Translations under genes and position numbers: made by a program | Shown here: positions 37,907 to 52,526 of the stretch, piece after piece | How positions within the stretch are numbered: the stretch's first letter is position 1 | How the letters are laid out: each line of letters starts with the position of its first letter | Notes under the pieces: model-generated | Databases searched by the model: none | Told to the model about the DNA's origin: nothing | What the model saw: only the letters and a program-made list of their open reading frames with translations | Source of the DNA: Nitrospirales bacterium | Lineage (GTDB): Bacteria; Nitrospirota; Nitrospiria; Nitrospirales; UBA8639 | Reading direction: 5' to 3' | Length of the DNA stretch: 64,000 nt | Assembly: GCA_965203295.1 (NCBI GenBank) | Contig: CBDBCZ010000014.1 | Coordinates: 256,001 to 320,000, forward strand

Positions 37907-39310
37907 TAATAATCAATCAATCAATCAAATTTTATTAGAGTGACGTGCCCATTATATATATAATACAAAAGATTATGTACATATGATGGTGCCCAGCCAT
38001 GATATGGCTTATAAATCACTGAGTATGAGAAATTATGAGAAATCATGACTTATACAAAAATGAAGAACGTACTTTAAACATTTTATACAATAATTTAGTA
38101 ATTAAGTTCTGACAATACGATTCATTATACTTAATAATATACAAAAACTTATTAAAAGTGTTTAGGTGCATGAATGACAGGTCCTTTTGAGTGATATAAC
38201 ATAGTAATTTAATTCTTTCATGTTCGAGTTTATTACATACCATAACGAAATGAAATTCATTCTCGACGAAATCTGAATTGCAAACCTGACAGACCCGCCG
38301 CTCCAGGGGAACCTTAGAAACCCGGTAACGCCCGGTCTCCACCCCCAAAGGCAGACACCCAGCCCGGAGCGAAGCCATCACCCACCTTGGCCCAGGATCA
38401 AGTGGGGACAGGACATAACTGGCAGGAGTGGGTTCAGCCTTAAACAGTTTGTAAAGCTTCAGCTTACCCCCTGATTCTGAGTTTTCATGACTGGTTTGTT
38501 TAAGGTTTCAATCCATTTTTCACTAGCTACCCTAAATATTCTATCCTTAACGAGATGTAATAACTGATGAAAAGAACTAGCAGGAGGATTGTACGTGGAA
38601 TAAAGTTCAGGCAACTGCAAACATGCAAGTAACTTCCTAGCTTGCCAACACCAATTTCTTGTTTTACCATTTTCAGCAAGTCTCATTGACCACGTAAATA
38701 CCTTTTTACTTATCCTATTGGGATCTTGAGAACAGGTTGAACTTCTTAGCCACCTTTTAATAAACTGAAAATTATGTCGGAATCCTGCAGGAATCCAACC
38801 CATGTCTCCTTGAAGGGCAACAATGGGATAGCTCCTACCAACTCCATGCAAGGAAGAATCTCAGGGCATTATTCCAATGTATATTGTAATGCTCAGATCC
38901 CCATATACAACTACTATTATAATCCATAACAGGAACAGCCAAAGTGTCATATAGATAATATGTATAAGTGTTATAACTAAGTCCACCCAATGCCTTGGCT
39001 TTACTTATTAAACAACCTCATGCACGCCGAGCAGCTAAGTTTACTTTGCCAACCATTTCTTTAGTGTCAAGGTATTGAATAATCCACAGTCCTAAGTACT
39101 TGTATTCATTACAATATTGCATTTGATTAGTCCCACATTTAAAAACAAAGGAAGATCGTGTTCGTCTTTTATGCCTAATGTGCATCACCTTTGTTTTCTG
39201 CAAATTAAATTGAATACCGTTCTTTGTGCACCAACTAAATTACTGTCTGAACTTTCTTCCATTATACTGAACCATGTCTCTGCATTGACACATCTACTAA
39301 TTGTACTTCC
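37907..39310 (-). mobile_element. Degenerate 5'-truncated LINE (L2/CR1-group-like)
   Basis: Broken frames KTKVMH..EYKYLGL, GDMGWIP and LRAGCLPLGVETGRY..CQVC..ENEFHF; AATAAA followed by a (TTGA)n tail at about 37907-37935. Confidence 0.88.
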
Positions 39311-40109
39311 CGCGCTAGCTAGCTGGGACGGGACGGGATATCCCGGCGCTGTCTCGTCCCGTCCCGGGTTTTATTATTTCCATGATATAGCAACTTGTGT
39401 TGGTGCCGTTATTAGTAAGGAATGTGTGCTTACGTTTTTAACTTCCTGTCGATCTTGATAATTTGGCGGAGCGACTGGATGATTGCGCAAGTTCAGCCAT
39501 GGCTGGTACGCTAGTTACATTCTGTTTGCTGGCTTATGCAGCAACTGCGCTACTGGCTAACGGGTCGCTGAGTGATTTTGACCAGGCTCTTCTCCCGCAA
39601 AGTGAGTTCCGTAGTTCGCGCCTACTGCGCTAATCATGGATATAGTACGCATACTATATGATCCATGCACTACATGTAATGGGAACGGTGAATAATTATT
39701 TAAAAGTCCTATTGGTAGAGGAGGTATACAGTCTATAATTCTTGAGCAATTATTGTGGATTTATCAGTTCACTGCTGTACTTAGGTAGGTTTATGCAAAT
39801 TAGCTACAGCGCTAGCACCCAGCTGCAGAAATACTCGTGGCTCTGACTGCATGCCTGCACTGCAAAAAATAATGTCTCTAGTTGCTTTAAGTACTTCTAA
39901 TTAGTGATTAGCTGTCTGAATTGCAGACGTATGAGTGTGTAGGTAGGAGTTAGGCCTCAGTGTGGTAATTTGTTACATGTACTTGCTCTTATAGACTATA
40001 CCTTTATAACTATGGCAAGTTGGAGTGTATGCATGAGGTGACGTTTGATGAGGGTGGTTAACCCTACAGTTTTCACAATAAAACTATAGGAACCATTACT
40101 GCATGAAAC

Positions 40110-40145
40110 CATAGATAGTAGAGTCCTTCTACTCTACTATCTATG
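40110..40145. mobile_element. 36-bp CATAG...CTATG palindromic mini-element (P-element-like ends)
   Basis: 15-bp perfect inverted arms; 7-bp flanking repeat atgaaac/gtgaaac; absent at the homologous position in copy C intron 1 (about 36075). Confidence 0.6.
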
Positions 40146-40429
40146 GTGAAACGAACCCCAAACATTTGGTATATTGAGATCCTGAACATATGAGAGATTC
40201 ACAATTTGTAAAGTACATGTACAAATTGATAGTAAAAGACTTGACAATGAGCCAACAAGTACAATTCACCAACTCTGCTCTACTGCACGAGTAACCACTC
40301 AAACAGCGGATATGTGACCCATACAACTCGAGAGACGCCATGAACACCATTTGTAATTAGGAGGCTTATAGATTTAGTTGTGTGTTATTCCTTCAGCTGT
40401 GTATATGTGGGTAGCAGATCCCATGCACA

Positions 40430-40751
40430 CACTGCAAAAATCAAAGGATGGTTTCAAACCAGCTGGGATTATCTCAGTTGCAGTCTACAAAACAATGTGT
40501 AATGTGTACGTAAACAAGTAGAGCACTTTACCACCCTATTTCTCCAATTTCAGAAGATAGGAAAGATCCATTAGAACAATATTAATAACACATATCTTGT
40601 TCCTAGTCTCACCAAAGAAAAAAAGATTTAGCTTGGCTTCCTGAGTAAAGTGAACTTATTGCACTGCACGTACCTGCACATTCTCTGGTACTGGGGCTGC
40701 AACTGAGGTAACCTTATGTGGGTTTAAACAAACCACTTTATTTTTGCAGTG
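40430..40751. mobile_element. CACTG-ended MITE (EnSpm/CACTA-like)
   Basis: cactgcaaaaat ... atttttgcagtg with a 2-bp ca duplication; absent from copy C intron 1 (about 35810). Confidence 0.7.
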
Positions 40752-41512
40752 CATTCCCTCACCATATACATAATATTATAGCTGCCGGAATAACAAGTGG
40801 TCTGATTCCTTTTTTCACTACCATTATATACAAGAGAACTACAACTTAGTGATTTTTTTCTGTGATTGGCTTCCTAACTGGCTCTAAATATACTGCAAAA
40901 AGCTATTTTGACCTTGATTAGTTGCATTTCTACAAGCTGGTGTGTTCTGATTGCCCTGCATGACCCCAGCCACATATCCAGAATGCAATATTCATTTGTT
41001 ATTGCATATCTAGAGTGCAATATTCATTTGTTATACTATACCTAAGTCATTCTAACCAATCAGATTTTCAGTATTAATATTATGGGTAGATAACAGGTCT
41101 TATTGCATATCTAGACTGTAATATTCATTGTTATTGTATGCTTGTGCCAGACAAGGGGCGGAACTCAACCAATATAATGACGTGGCATTGTTTGCCTTAT
41201 GAATTTGTATACCCCCCCACACACACAGTTTTGAGTATTGAATATTCTACCCCATCACATGATTTTATGATTTGATTCATGAGCATTTGGGTTAAACTCC
41301 CTCCCTAGAGCTGTGTCAAGGCATGGACTGCAACTGAGGCAACCAACTGCAGTGATAAGCTAGCTTTCGACCCCATGCGGGCATAGATTATATAAATGTC
41401 TAGCTCAATTACATTATCAAACAGTTTAGTATATCTTTCCAGTAGCCAATTACTGATTCAACTTCTATCACTAGAATTTTTAGTAACTGTATTCACTTAA
41501 ATCCTGATGATA

Positions 41513-42384
41513 CAGTGGAACCTCCCATAACGGACCCTCCCACCAGCGGACAACCTCCCTATAAAGGACACTAGCCGTGGCACCGATTGAAATTACTATA
41601 GTGCTAATGTATAAGAAACCTCCCACGAGCGGACGCTTCTTGATTCCGGACAGCGGACAAACTGCATGCTCCCGACTGCAAAAGTCCGTTGAAAACTGCC
41701 TCTTTATAGTGGACAAATAAATTGGAAGCCACACCCATCGTTCGTGCATAAACGCGCATAAAGACCGGAAGTTACACTCGTACTCGTAGTCTAGACGGCA
41801 GATTCACTCAATTTATCCCGCCTGAAAACTGACTCACAGCGATAGTCGAGATACTGAACGCGCAAGTTCCCAGCAGCTCTTGTTTTAGTTGGCCCGCGAG
41901 ACTACTCTTGTTTCTGAGATCGCTGTATAACATGCCAATCCAGTCGCCTACGCAAGTTGGGCAAAAACGGGCATAAACGGAATGCGACACGGATATACAG
42001 CTGGAGCACGTGATCTGTGACGACACGTGAAAACTCTATTTCGAGTCCATACCCATAAGCGCTGTGGAGATACCAAGTTCAAACCATCCTGGACAGTTAT
42101 TTTGGACATTACTGACATTGTGGCACTCTATTTGCTATACCGCTCAATGTTAATGTCGTCCGATAACTCTTTTGACAACATATATTGTGCAGTCATGTAG
42201 CTATGCCTGGTAGATACTTACAGTAGATGAAATAGTTTATGCTTGAATACATGTCTGGTAGGCATTTGAGTGCTTAATGTGGCTAAAAATAGCAAATTGA
42301 GTCGAACCTCCCACCAGAGGACAACCTCCGAATAAAGGACAAAAGCCTTGCTCCCAAAGTGTCCTTTATTCGGAGGTTCCACTG
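41513..42384. mobile_element. pogo/Tigger-like MITE
   Basis: TIR CAGTGGAACCTCC ... GGAGGTTCCACTG with a TA TSD; empty site in copy C at about 35538. Confidence 0.9.
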
Positions 42385-42769
42385 TATTGGTTTCTTCAAT
42401 AAGATTTGGAACAAAAAATCTTGTTCAAGTACATCTTTTATAGGGCATATTGTATTGTATGTCAAGCAACTGTGAAAATATTATTTTAGTGACAATGAAG
42501 CTATGCACTGTTCATTGGAAAATATATACCTTTCCAGGAAGGAGGGAGCACCCCTCAAGCACTGGGTATGCTTAGCATGGCTGTATATACAGGGCATGCC
42601 CCTCCCTCCCCACCCCCCCCCCCCCCCCCCCCCCCCCTTCCCGCTTTCCCCACCAGAACAATTTATCAATTTTGAATGCTCTGAGCAACCATCTGATAAC
42701 TTCTGGACAGTGAGCTTCTTTGACTAATTAAATTTCTCTAGATCACCAGTAGTGGTGTATAACCCCTTA

Positions 42770-44839
42770 CCTTTTTTGAAACTGCCACAAACACAGTGAA
42801 TACAGCAGTAAGGGATCTCAATAGCTGACAGCTAGTGTAAAGAGATCACGAAAAAACAAAAACAAAACACAACAACAAAAAGACAAAAACAAAACAGAAA
42901 ACAAGAAACAAAAATAAAGCAACGCAATAATGGATCAAGCACAAACAAAAAGAGGCCTAACAGCCAATTTAAAGGAGCCTATACTAGGTTTAAGTACAAT
43001 ATTTGCAGAAAGATTGTTCCATAAACTTATAGAACTGATAAAAAAGGAGTTGAGAAAAGCAGTAGACTTTACAATAGGTATTACCAGCTGTTTACTATGG
43101 GAAATTCTGAGGTTAGGGTTACAACGTAAATTAAAAAAACAGGAGGACAATATAAAAAACCGTTAAGAAACTTGTACGTATACAAAAGTTTAAAATAAGA
43201 ACGACGAGATGACAAAGGCGGGAGTTGGCATTTGGAGGAAAGAGTCTGAGGAGTGTCCTTCCACGACTGCGTAGCCATCCTCATGGCAAACAACTGGACA
43301 GAGTCCAAAAGGAACTGGTCCTTTTTCAGGTGGGGGTCCCAAACTACGCATGCATAGTCCAGGATTGGAAGAACTTGGGATTTGTACAGGGAGAGTATAA
43401 CACTTGGCTCACAATACGGAGAGAACGTACGATACATGTAGCCAAGGAGACGTCTGGCTTTGCAGCACACAGATTCAATGTGTTTCCCCCATGTCAAGTC
43501 ATCCGAGATCCACACACCCAGATACTTGAAATGGCTGACCATCTCGATAGCGGTTTCATCAAGGACAAGAGGTAGATAGGGACAAGTGGGGCGCTTACGA
43601 TGAGAAGCAATCATGTATTTGGTCTTAGCAGCATTTAATGTCAGATGATTGCGAGATATCCAGTCACAAATCTGGGAGACATCATCTTGAAGGTCCTCCA
43701 TCTCCCGCAGGGACGAGATCGGCTTATACAGGAGAATGTCGTCAGAGTACATTAACAACTGAGATCCAGGCGAAAGAGAAATCTGAGAGAGATTGTCAAT
43801 ATACACAAGAAACAAAAGAGGACCAAGTATGGAGCCTTGCGGGACTCCAGAGCGTACCGGTAGCCAAGAGGATGAGTGACCATTCATAACTACTCTCTGT
43901 GATCGATGTGACAGGTAATTATCCAACCAACAAAGAAGGACTGTGGGGGTGCCAAGATGGAAGAGCTTGTTTAACAAAGCTTGGTGGGGAATGCTATCGA
44001 AGGCTTTCTTAAGATCGAAAAACACGCAACCCACATTCTGACGGTTATTGAGGATAGAATGCCACCTGTGAGTGGCAAGCAGGAGGGGCGTAACAGTGGA
44101 GCGCCCTGCACGGAAACCAAACTGATCATTTGAAAGGAGGTTATCTCTAGTCAGAAACTGCAGCAGGATGTGGTGAATATGTTTTTCAAATGTTTTGCTT
44201 ATCAGAGGAAGCAGCGAGATCGGTCGGAAAGAACGAACATCACTCTTGGAGGACTCCTTTGGAATAGGGACAATGTTGGAGCGCTTCCATTCGGCAGGGA
44301 GTGACCCAGACCTGAGGGAGAGGTTGTACAGGGAAGCAATGGATGGTGCAACTTCAGGGGCAAAGGATTTTAGCATCCAGGCCTAGATCCCATCAGGACC
44401 AGAGGCAGTATTGCACTTAGTAGCACTCAAAAGAGCTTCAACATAGTCAGGCGAACAAAGGTAATCTTCAGGAAAGTTTCTTAAACAGGGAAGCTCCGCA
44501 TAGGATGGACAGGAGGTGACATTGTAGAAACACAAGGTGAAAAACTTGTTCAGAAGGTCAGCTTTGTCTGGGTCAGACTAAACAGACACAGGCCCATCAC
44601 TAAGGGAAGATTTGTCCGGGGTACCTTTAGGCTTTAGCAGGCGGATGGTTGCCCAGAACTTTTTAGAATTACCAGTTTCAGAGGCAAGGGTTGAGAAGAA
44701 GGCTTTCTTGGCTTCGCGAATTTCATTCACAATTTTGTTTCTCAGGTTTCTGTACTTTACAAACCAATCATGGCAACTGGAGAGTTTGAACTTGTGATAC
44801 ACACCGTTCCTCTTTCTGATATCACTTTTGATCCTGTCC

Positions 44840-44840
<1 letters not shown>
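42770..44840 (-). mobile_element. 5'-truncated LINE (Jockey/CR1-group-like) with RT ORF 44376-43081
   Basis: PDG, FRPISLL, QFGFR, FFDLKKAFD, GVPQGSILGPLLF, YSDD and FKYLGV motifs. Upstream in-frame stop and C-terminal frameshift. T-rich 3' UTR and a short A tail. Confidence 0.9.
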
Positions 44841-45395
<555 letters not shown>

Positions 45396-45809
45396 GCGCT
45401 ATCAGTTATTCTCGAGCGTTATCATTACTAACCAGACTGTTAGCACTGCTAAAGAATGCCTCTGAAGTATCAAAGCGGCAAGTGATTAAACCGTGGAATA
45501 GTCCATCTTGTTCGTCTTCGTCATATTCTTTCAGCCAGGCTAGCACAATAATTGCTGAAGCAATTAGAAAGATTCCAACACGAACGAGCATGATTGACCC
45601 TCGGGTAGTGCCTTTCGGGTATGGCGTTTTCAAAGAACTCGAATTAGTTAAGCAGTGATAACAAGCACTCTTGACTCTGTAGTCACAACTTCGACCGCCG
45701 TCGGTCAATGGTCAACAGTCAAAGCGCACTCAGAAATACGGTCAACACTGACAACGGTAGGTCAACAGAAATACAGTATATATCTACGCTGCAAGCAGAC
45801 TAATACAAA

Positions 45810-46830
45810 GTCAAAACAACAACCAGAAAAAAGGTAGGATAGAAAAAATAAACATGTAAGGAGTGTAAGTGCAGTTATGAGGAGAGTGCCACCCTCACGT
45901 CTGAGAGAGCACAGTCAACAGCTGCTTCGCTCAAGGTGGAGCTGGCCAGACGACTGACTGAACGCGAGCCACGGAAGTACATCATTAAGGATCTGAGTAG
46001 CGAGTAACCCAGCCTACACCGGAGCCAGTTCAGAGTGAGACTGTAGGGTTGGCTGTGCTTGGCAGCAAGCATTGATGCCAGCTTCTTGTACACGACCTTG
46101 GCAGTTGGACCCATGCCACCAGCAGTTGAAAAAACTAAGGAAGAAAAACTGCCGTGCTCAACATCCCTCACACGCTGGTCGTATGATTTTCTCTTCTTTT
46201 GCTCGTGACATCTGTAGTACGCGGTCAATGAGTGGTTGCGGTTGGAGTGTGCGAAGGGATTAACAACCCAAATATCAAAAAAAATGCACATTGCCGATCA
46301 CCAGCCCAAAAACCCTGTACCATGACATCTAGACGAGCACCATCCTCACGGTTGGCAGATCTGTACTCGAGACTTTCACCAGAGAGTGGCTGTAAGAGAG
46401 GTTCAATGCCTACATTGTGGCAGACTTCACTCATAAGGTGGGCAGTAATGTTTCTGATTTCATTATGGCGGATTGAGGGGAAGCCTCCACATGGACAACT
46501 CAAGGCATGATCAACACTGAATTGTTTACCGCATACGCAGTGTGCTGGAAGTAGCGGTGGTTTCCAGCCGCATCGAAGACAGAGAGCATCACAGAAGACT
46601 CTCTTGTGAAGATCAAAGCCATGCTCAGAGATCGGTAGAGTCGTGAGCCAGCTAGAAGCTCCACACTCTTTCGATGACTCGACTGCCCTTTGAAGGGAGC
46701 TGGGAAGTCTGGTACACAGGTCTGTGGCAAGGGTAGATTGTGCTTCGCGGCGATCTTTGTGAGCAACAGCTTTGGCGTGATTTTGAATCACAGTGATGTC
46801 TGCTGGGAGGACAGTAGATTGTTGGAGTAT
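45810..46830 (-). mobile_element. CRE-like non-LTR retrotransposon 3' fragment (zinc knuckle plus restriction-like endonuclease)
   Basis: GASSWLTTLP, CxC...H...C..GG....RHNE, GARLD...GFW, FFD..V.NP, HEQKKRKSY, VFST.GGMG and LRCRL.YSLLRS motifs; frameshift in a poly-T run near 46280. Confidence 0.82.
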
Positions 46831-49800
46831 GAGGTCGACAAGAGGACGAATCGGCGGTTTTAACCACTTGCCGCTTTGGCACTTCAGGGATGCTCTTTAG
46901 CTGTGCTACCACTCTGGTTAGTGATGACAACGCCTGAGAATAACTATGATGGTTTAGAACATGTCCGGCCAAATCGGCAACGTTTCATTAACTGCTAATT
47001 TATTTTTAATAATTATTAAGCTGCATGTTGACATGTGCGCAGAATATTACTGGCAAACTGTCCGCATGAAGCAGAGACTGTGAATAGTCAGGTTCGCCCT
47101 GTAACGCTGTGCCTTCAGGTTGGCCCCTGTGTCAGTGTACAGGCAGACTGTGGGGAGTGCTGCAGTTTTGGATATTGTGGGGTGGATCCCTCTGTGTCGT
47201 GGTCGGATGGGTAGCCCGTTTGGGGCGTGTTGCCGACAGCTACCATGCTCATTGGAACCGATATGCACTTTGTATACTTTGACTCTGTGTGTTTGTACAT
47301 CCCCACTTTGTATATGTGTAGTCTGTATTGTATGTCCTCGTGCTCCTTGTTGGGCGATATCGAATGAACTTTGAACGTGTTTGCGCAGTTTTCCCATCCG
47401 CTGTAAAACAGTGACAGTAATCAGTATGGTTTCCCATGTCTTAGTGATGTGATTTAGTTATTGTTAATAACCATATATATTTAGCTAAATCGCTGGTGAT
47501 TTAGGTAAAACAGTACCAGTTTATCTAATTATTACAGATTTAGCTAAACAATTGCTGATTTACATGTAGCTATAGCATTGCAGATTTACCGTTGATTTAT
47601 AAAGCATTACTGTTATAGCAACAGCATAGGTTTAGCTAGATCACTGCTGATTTAGCTATAGGACAACTGTTTTCCAGCTAAAGATACAAGATGGCCATTA
47701 TTACCGCAAGGCCTATATCAACTTGCTTTTCACTAACTACAGTATTCAGTACTTGACTGTAATTGTTGACAATAAAACATTTTCATGGAATATATTTATT
47801 ATTGCAGGGCCAGAAGCACTGACAACAAGAGGCACCGACTTTATCTTTGCCTTTATTGGTAACAATAGAGAGCAGAATCAAGAAGCAATAGTAATGATTA
47901 CCACTGAAGAGTCCCGCCCTGTTAATGTGACAGTAGAAGTAAATCCAGCTTTCTATGTGAACAATTCGAATTTGAATGTAACAACCTTCCCACAGACCCA
48001 AACACAGACAGTTGAACCCGGCAGCTCAATCACATTCAACTTCCCTGTGGCTCCTGGAAACCCACCTCCAGATGAAGACATACAGGTGTATACCATCGAT
48101 GACAGACTGGACAGAAACAGTGGCATTCGAATCTCTACTGATGGTGGCAAAGTATCTGTTTATGGCTTTAACAATGAATTGTCATCAGCGGATGCTTTTA
48201 ACATATTTCCGTGCCATGAGTACCCTACAATACCTGACACATATGAGTATGTGATCCTATCTACTGCACATCAAACAACAGACAGCAGGTTTATGATAGT
48301 TGGCTGTCAGAACAACACTGAAGTTGTGATTACACCACCAAGTCAGCTTGATTCAATCAACACATCTGTTCCTGCAAATCTCGGAGGGGGTCAAACTCCA
48401 GGACCAAGGGATCCCCTTAACATTTCACATTTAGATCAGCTGACAACAATTCTCTTGAATAATCTGGAGGATCTTTCAGGGACCAAAATTACATCAAACA
48501 AACCAATTGCTGTTTTCACTGGACATGAATGTGGTAATGTACCTACAGTATCTGTTGGTACTTGCGATCACATTGTTCAGCAGGTCCCTCCACAAGTGAC
48601 ATGGGGCAGGCTATTCTTCACAGTCCCCATTGTTGGGAGATATTCTGGTGATCACTACAGAGTTGCAACCGCTACTGACAACACTCAGTTCAATGTAACT
48701 TGTAGAACCCTGACTGATCCTATACCAACTATTCAGAATTTTACAATAGACTTTAACAATGATACAGAGAGTGGATTTGAAGTGTTTGACACTGACAGTG
48801 GGACTACCACGGGGGACCAGGCCTCCAGGAAGGACAATCTGCAATGGTGCTGCATAGAAGCAAATAACCCTGTACTAGTGATGCAGTATGCATTTGGAGG
48901 TACAGCTGATGAGAGTTTAAAGGATATTGGTACATATGGTGATCCATTGATAACCATCATTCCTCCTGTTGCGCAATATCTGAATGACTACACAGTGCCC
49001 ACTGATCTGGTGTTGTCAAGGAATGGAAGCCAGACCACAGCTGTCGGCCTCACCATTGCAATTCCCCGAGATAAAACTTTCTTCCGCTCTGCGGTTGAAG
49101 ATGGATCAAGAATACTTATCAATAATGTGACCATTGTACCTGATCCAGATGAAGGATGGATTGAAATTTTTTGTGCAAGTGGACAAATTTGTGGTTATTC
49201 TGCACGTGTGGAACATGCTCCAATTGGAGTAGTAACAATAAAACATTTAAATGGTCAGGCCTCAATTTCTGCTTGGATATATGGCATAAATGAAGCAGTT
49301 TCTTTTGGCTATACTGCTGGCTTTGAGCTGGATGAAGTTTCATGTAAGCAACACCATGTATCACTGCATACATTGATTGTACAGTACTTGAATTCTCCAC
49401 TCCCCACAGTCCCAGTTGTGAGTGCTGTAGAATCTGATGTAACAGTCCTGGAAATGAACGGTGTAGCTGTTGTAACATTCACACGAGCAGGGGACCTTTC
49501 ATTGCTAAGCAGATTTAATGTCCGGCTAATGTCAGGCTCTGCTAGTAGCTGTAAGTTGCATATACCTAACACCTTGCATGCAGATTGATTGGATTACCTA
49601 GAGCCTTAGTTTAGCTAGCTAATGTAATCAGCATTCACATTTCAACTTCATTTAAATGCCCCTGACTGAATAAAGTTTTGAAGTTAGCAATAAACTACTA
49701 CAGGTGAAGCACTTTCCTTATTTAAACTGAGCCTTTTGCAGTCCTTGGACTATTTGTACTTACAGTTGGATGTGTCTGTGTACTTATACGTACATGTTGG

Positions 49801-50572
49801 AAGTGGAAGCCGTATGTGCACGCTTCCGGATGTACTTTGACCTGTGAACATGTGTCTTGACCGAAGATAGTTGTTGACCATTACAAATCCTACACAAGCA
49901 AATTATTACTATGATACAGTTGTGATTGCTAATAGCCCAAGATTTTACTAAACCAGTTTTGATACCCAGCTGACATTTTTGTTAGCTTTTTATTTGCTCT
50001 TCTTCCCTGCTGTAGCTGCTGACTATGATGCAAACTATACGACAAACCCCATAAATGCAATCAGAGAAGTAATCAATGCCACTACAAATGAGTTGGTAAT
50101 GAGACCTAACATTGCAGAACTCACAGTCACATTCACAATCGTCACCGATATCATACTAGAGGAGCCTGAGATTTTTTTCCTATTTTTGGAGGGAACCAGA
50201 AGTGTTTTTGTTTTGACTCCTATGGTCACTGTCACCATTTTGGACAGCCCTTTTCCAAGTGAGTTCACTGCCGATTTCTCTGCAGTATTGTAGTGGGGTT
50301 AGATAATTGTTAGACATACCCATAATAACCCATATGGTACTCGTACCCATACTCCATATTCATACCTGTACTCATATCCCATACCACATACCCATACCCT
50401 ACCCATGCCCATGAGTAGATGCAGCTATGGAAGAGCACTTCCCATAGATCAATACTTTAACGTTAGTTAGTCTGTCCGTCCGTTTGTCACGGATATGACA
50501 TTAACTAATGAAGTTTGATTGCGCTAGAATGCGCAAGAAGACCGTGACATCATCATATGAGTGCTCCGACCG

Positions 50573-50690
50573 TAGTCTAGCTTGCTATCCCCTACTTCTA
50601 CCCACCTTGGGATCGCTTGGCGAGAGAAGTAAGAGAGATACTGCAAGCGACTCCTAGGTGGGTAGAAGTTGGGGATAGCTATCTAGACTA
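50573..50690. mobile_element. TAG...CTA hairpin mini-element (AcademH-like); complete in D, half-deleted in A, B and C
   Basis: Inverted arms tagtctag..gctatcccc.acttctacccacc / ggtgggtagaagttggggatagc..ctagacta; 9-bp TSD ctccgaccg/ctctgaccg. Confidence 0.75.
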
Positions 50691-52483
50691 CTCTGACCGC
50701 TGCATGCATTGGGATGCTCTGACAGCCAATGGCATGGCCTCAAATGAGTACTTTGAGCGCACTCTTATTGCAAAGGTTAGTTGCTGTAAGCTTATAGTCC
50801 TGTAAGTGTTGCATGCACAGCTGTGTAAACTGCTACGCTAGACCAACTACGACGTTATGCATAAAAAGGAGCCGGTGCCATTTGTCTACATATGTAGACT
50901 ATGGCTGTGAAGAGCTAGACTTTGGTCCTAGCTTTTCTGTTTGTGTTTTGCAGTCTCTCAGTTGAGGTATACTTCCTCCACATCGCTCAGGCAGGATTCC
51001 GTCAGCTACACTATAGTCTACTAGCTGCCACTGGAAGATGCAAACGTTCTACATGTTTATCACCTGGAGAGTACACACTGATACAAAGTGCTTTGACTAC
51101 AAAACAAAAAACAACGTACTCGGTGCTAGACTCACATTTCAGTAATCTCTGGGCATAATACGCCAGCCATACCATAAATATATCATGCAAGTCTTCCATG
51201 GAAGACCTGAGGCTAATAGTAGTACATTCAATGATGTACCACTTTACAAGTACATTTGAGCTACATAAGAACCAAAACTTAAAAGTGCTAATTAGATGCC
51301 TGAAAGCTTACCTTACGTGTGATTACTCCTCCATAGCAACTGGGATTAGCTTCGCCGAATCGTCCTACGCTGTTCCTGAGTCAATGGGCACTGTTAATGT
51401 AATTATTACAAGGAGTGGTGACACATCTCAGCCAGTCTGTGTTGACTTCACCACTGAGTCTATTACTGCAGTAGGTGAGTATACTGTATACGTTCAAACC
51501 ATGAATGCTGTTTATCACATGCAATGTTTGTGAAGTGAATTTTTAAATAGAGAGTAGCTACAGCAATAATGGAAATTAATGTGAACCAGTGAGTTTCAGC
51601 TGATTGACAGTAGTGAAGACTTGCAAAAATGCTACTGTTTGTGGTTTGGAGTGCAATTTGTTTAGTAGCGGTTCAGGCTCTATGCACTGTATTAAAAAAT
51701 AAAACCAGCTATCGTTTGCAGCTGCACTACCATAGTATGCAATTTTACTGCAGGAAGCCAATAAAAATTCAAACTGAATACACTCACTAATTGTTTATGG
51801 TATTTGGTGATAGTGGCTGAATCCTTGATAGGAGTGCTTAGCCTTTTGTCTCAAACCTTACAGATGGAAGCGCTACATTCAGTACCGGGGAATGAAAGCA
51901 CTCCTATGATCAATTCAAGGAATAGCGTAGCCACTCTCGCCAAATACCGTAAAAATTGTAATTCCCATGCATCAGTATTGGCTTTCTGCAGTAAAACGTG
52001 CATAGTTTGGCAGTGCAGCTGCAACTGAGATAATCTTAGTTGGTTTTATTTTTTAATACAGTGCATAGAGCTTGAACTGCTACTAAACAAATTGCACTCT
52101 AAACCACAAACAGTAGCATTTTTTGCAGGTATTCACTGCTGTCAGTCAGCTGAAACTCACTGGTTTAAAACAACCTTTTCATTTTTGCAGTGCATGTAAA
52201 CATAAAAACGTATCACAGAAAACACCTACATCATATGTAACTCAAGGGTGCAAATGAGGGTCCAATGGTATGCCTTTTCTCATACTTAGCCGAGGTGGAT
52301 TTCAACAGTATATTTCAGACAGTGACTTTTGAGCAATCAGAAGAAAGCAGGACTGTGGCAGTGACCATCATTCCCGACAACTTGGTAGAAACGAATGAGA
52401 TGTTCAGAGGCATACTTTTTAATGCCAGAGGAACAAATGTGATCATTACAATTGATCGTACAACTGTAACAATTGATATCCTC

Positions 52484-52526
<43 letters not shown>

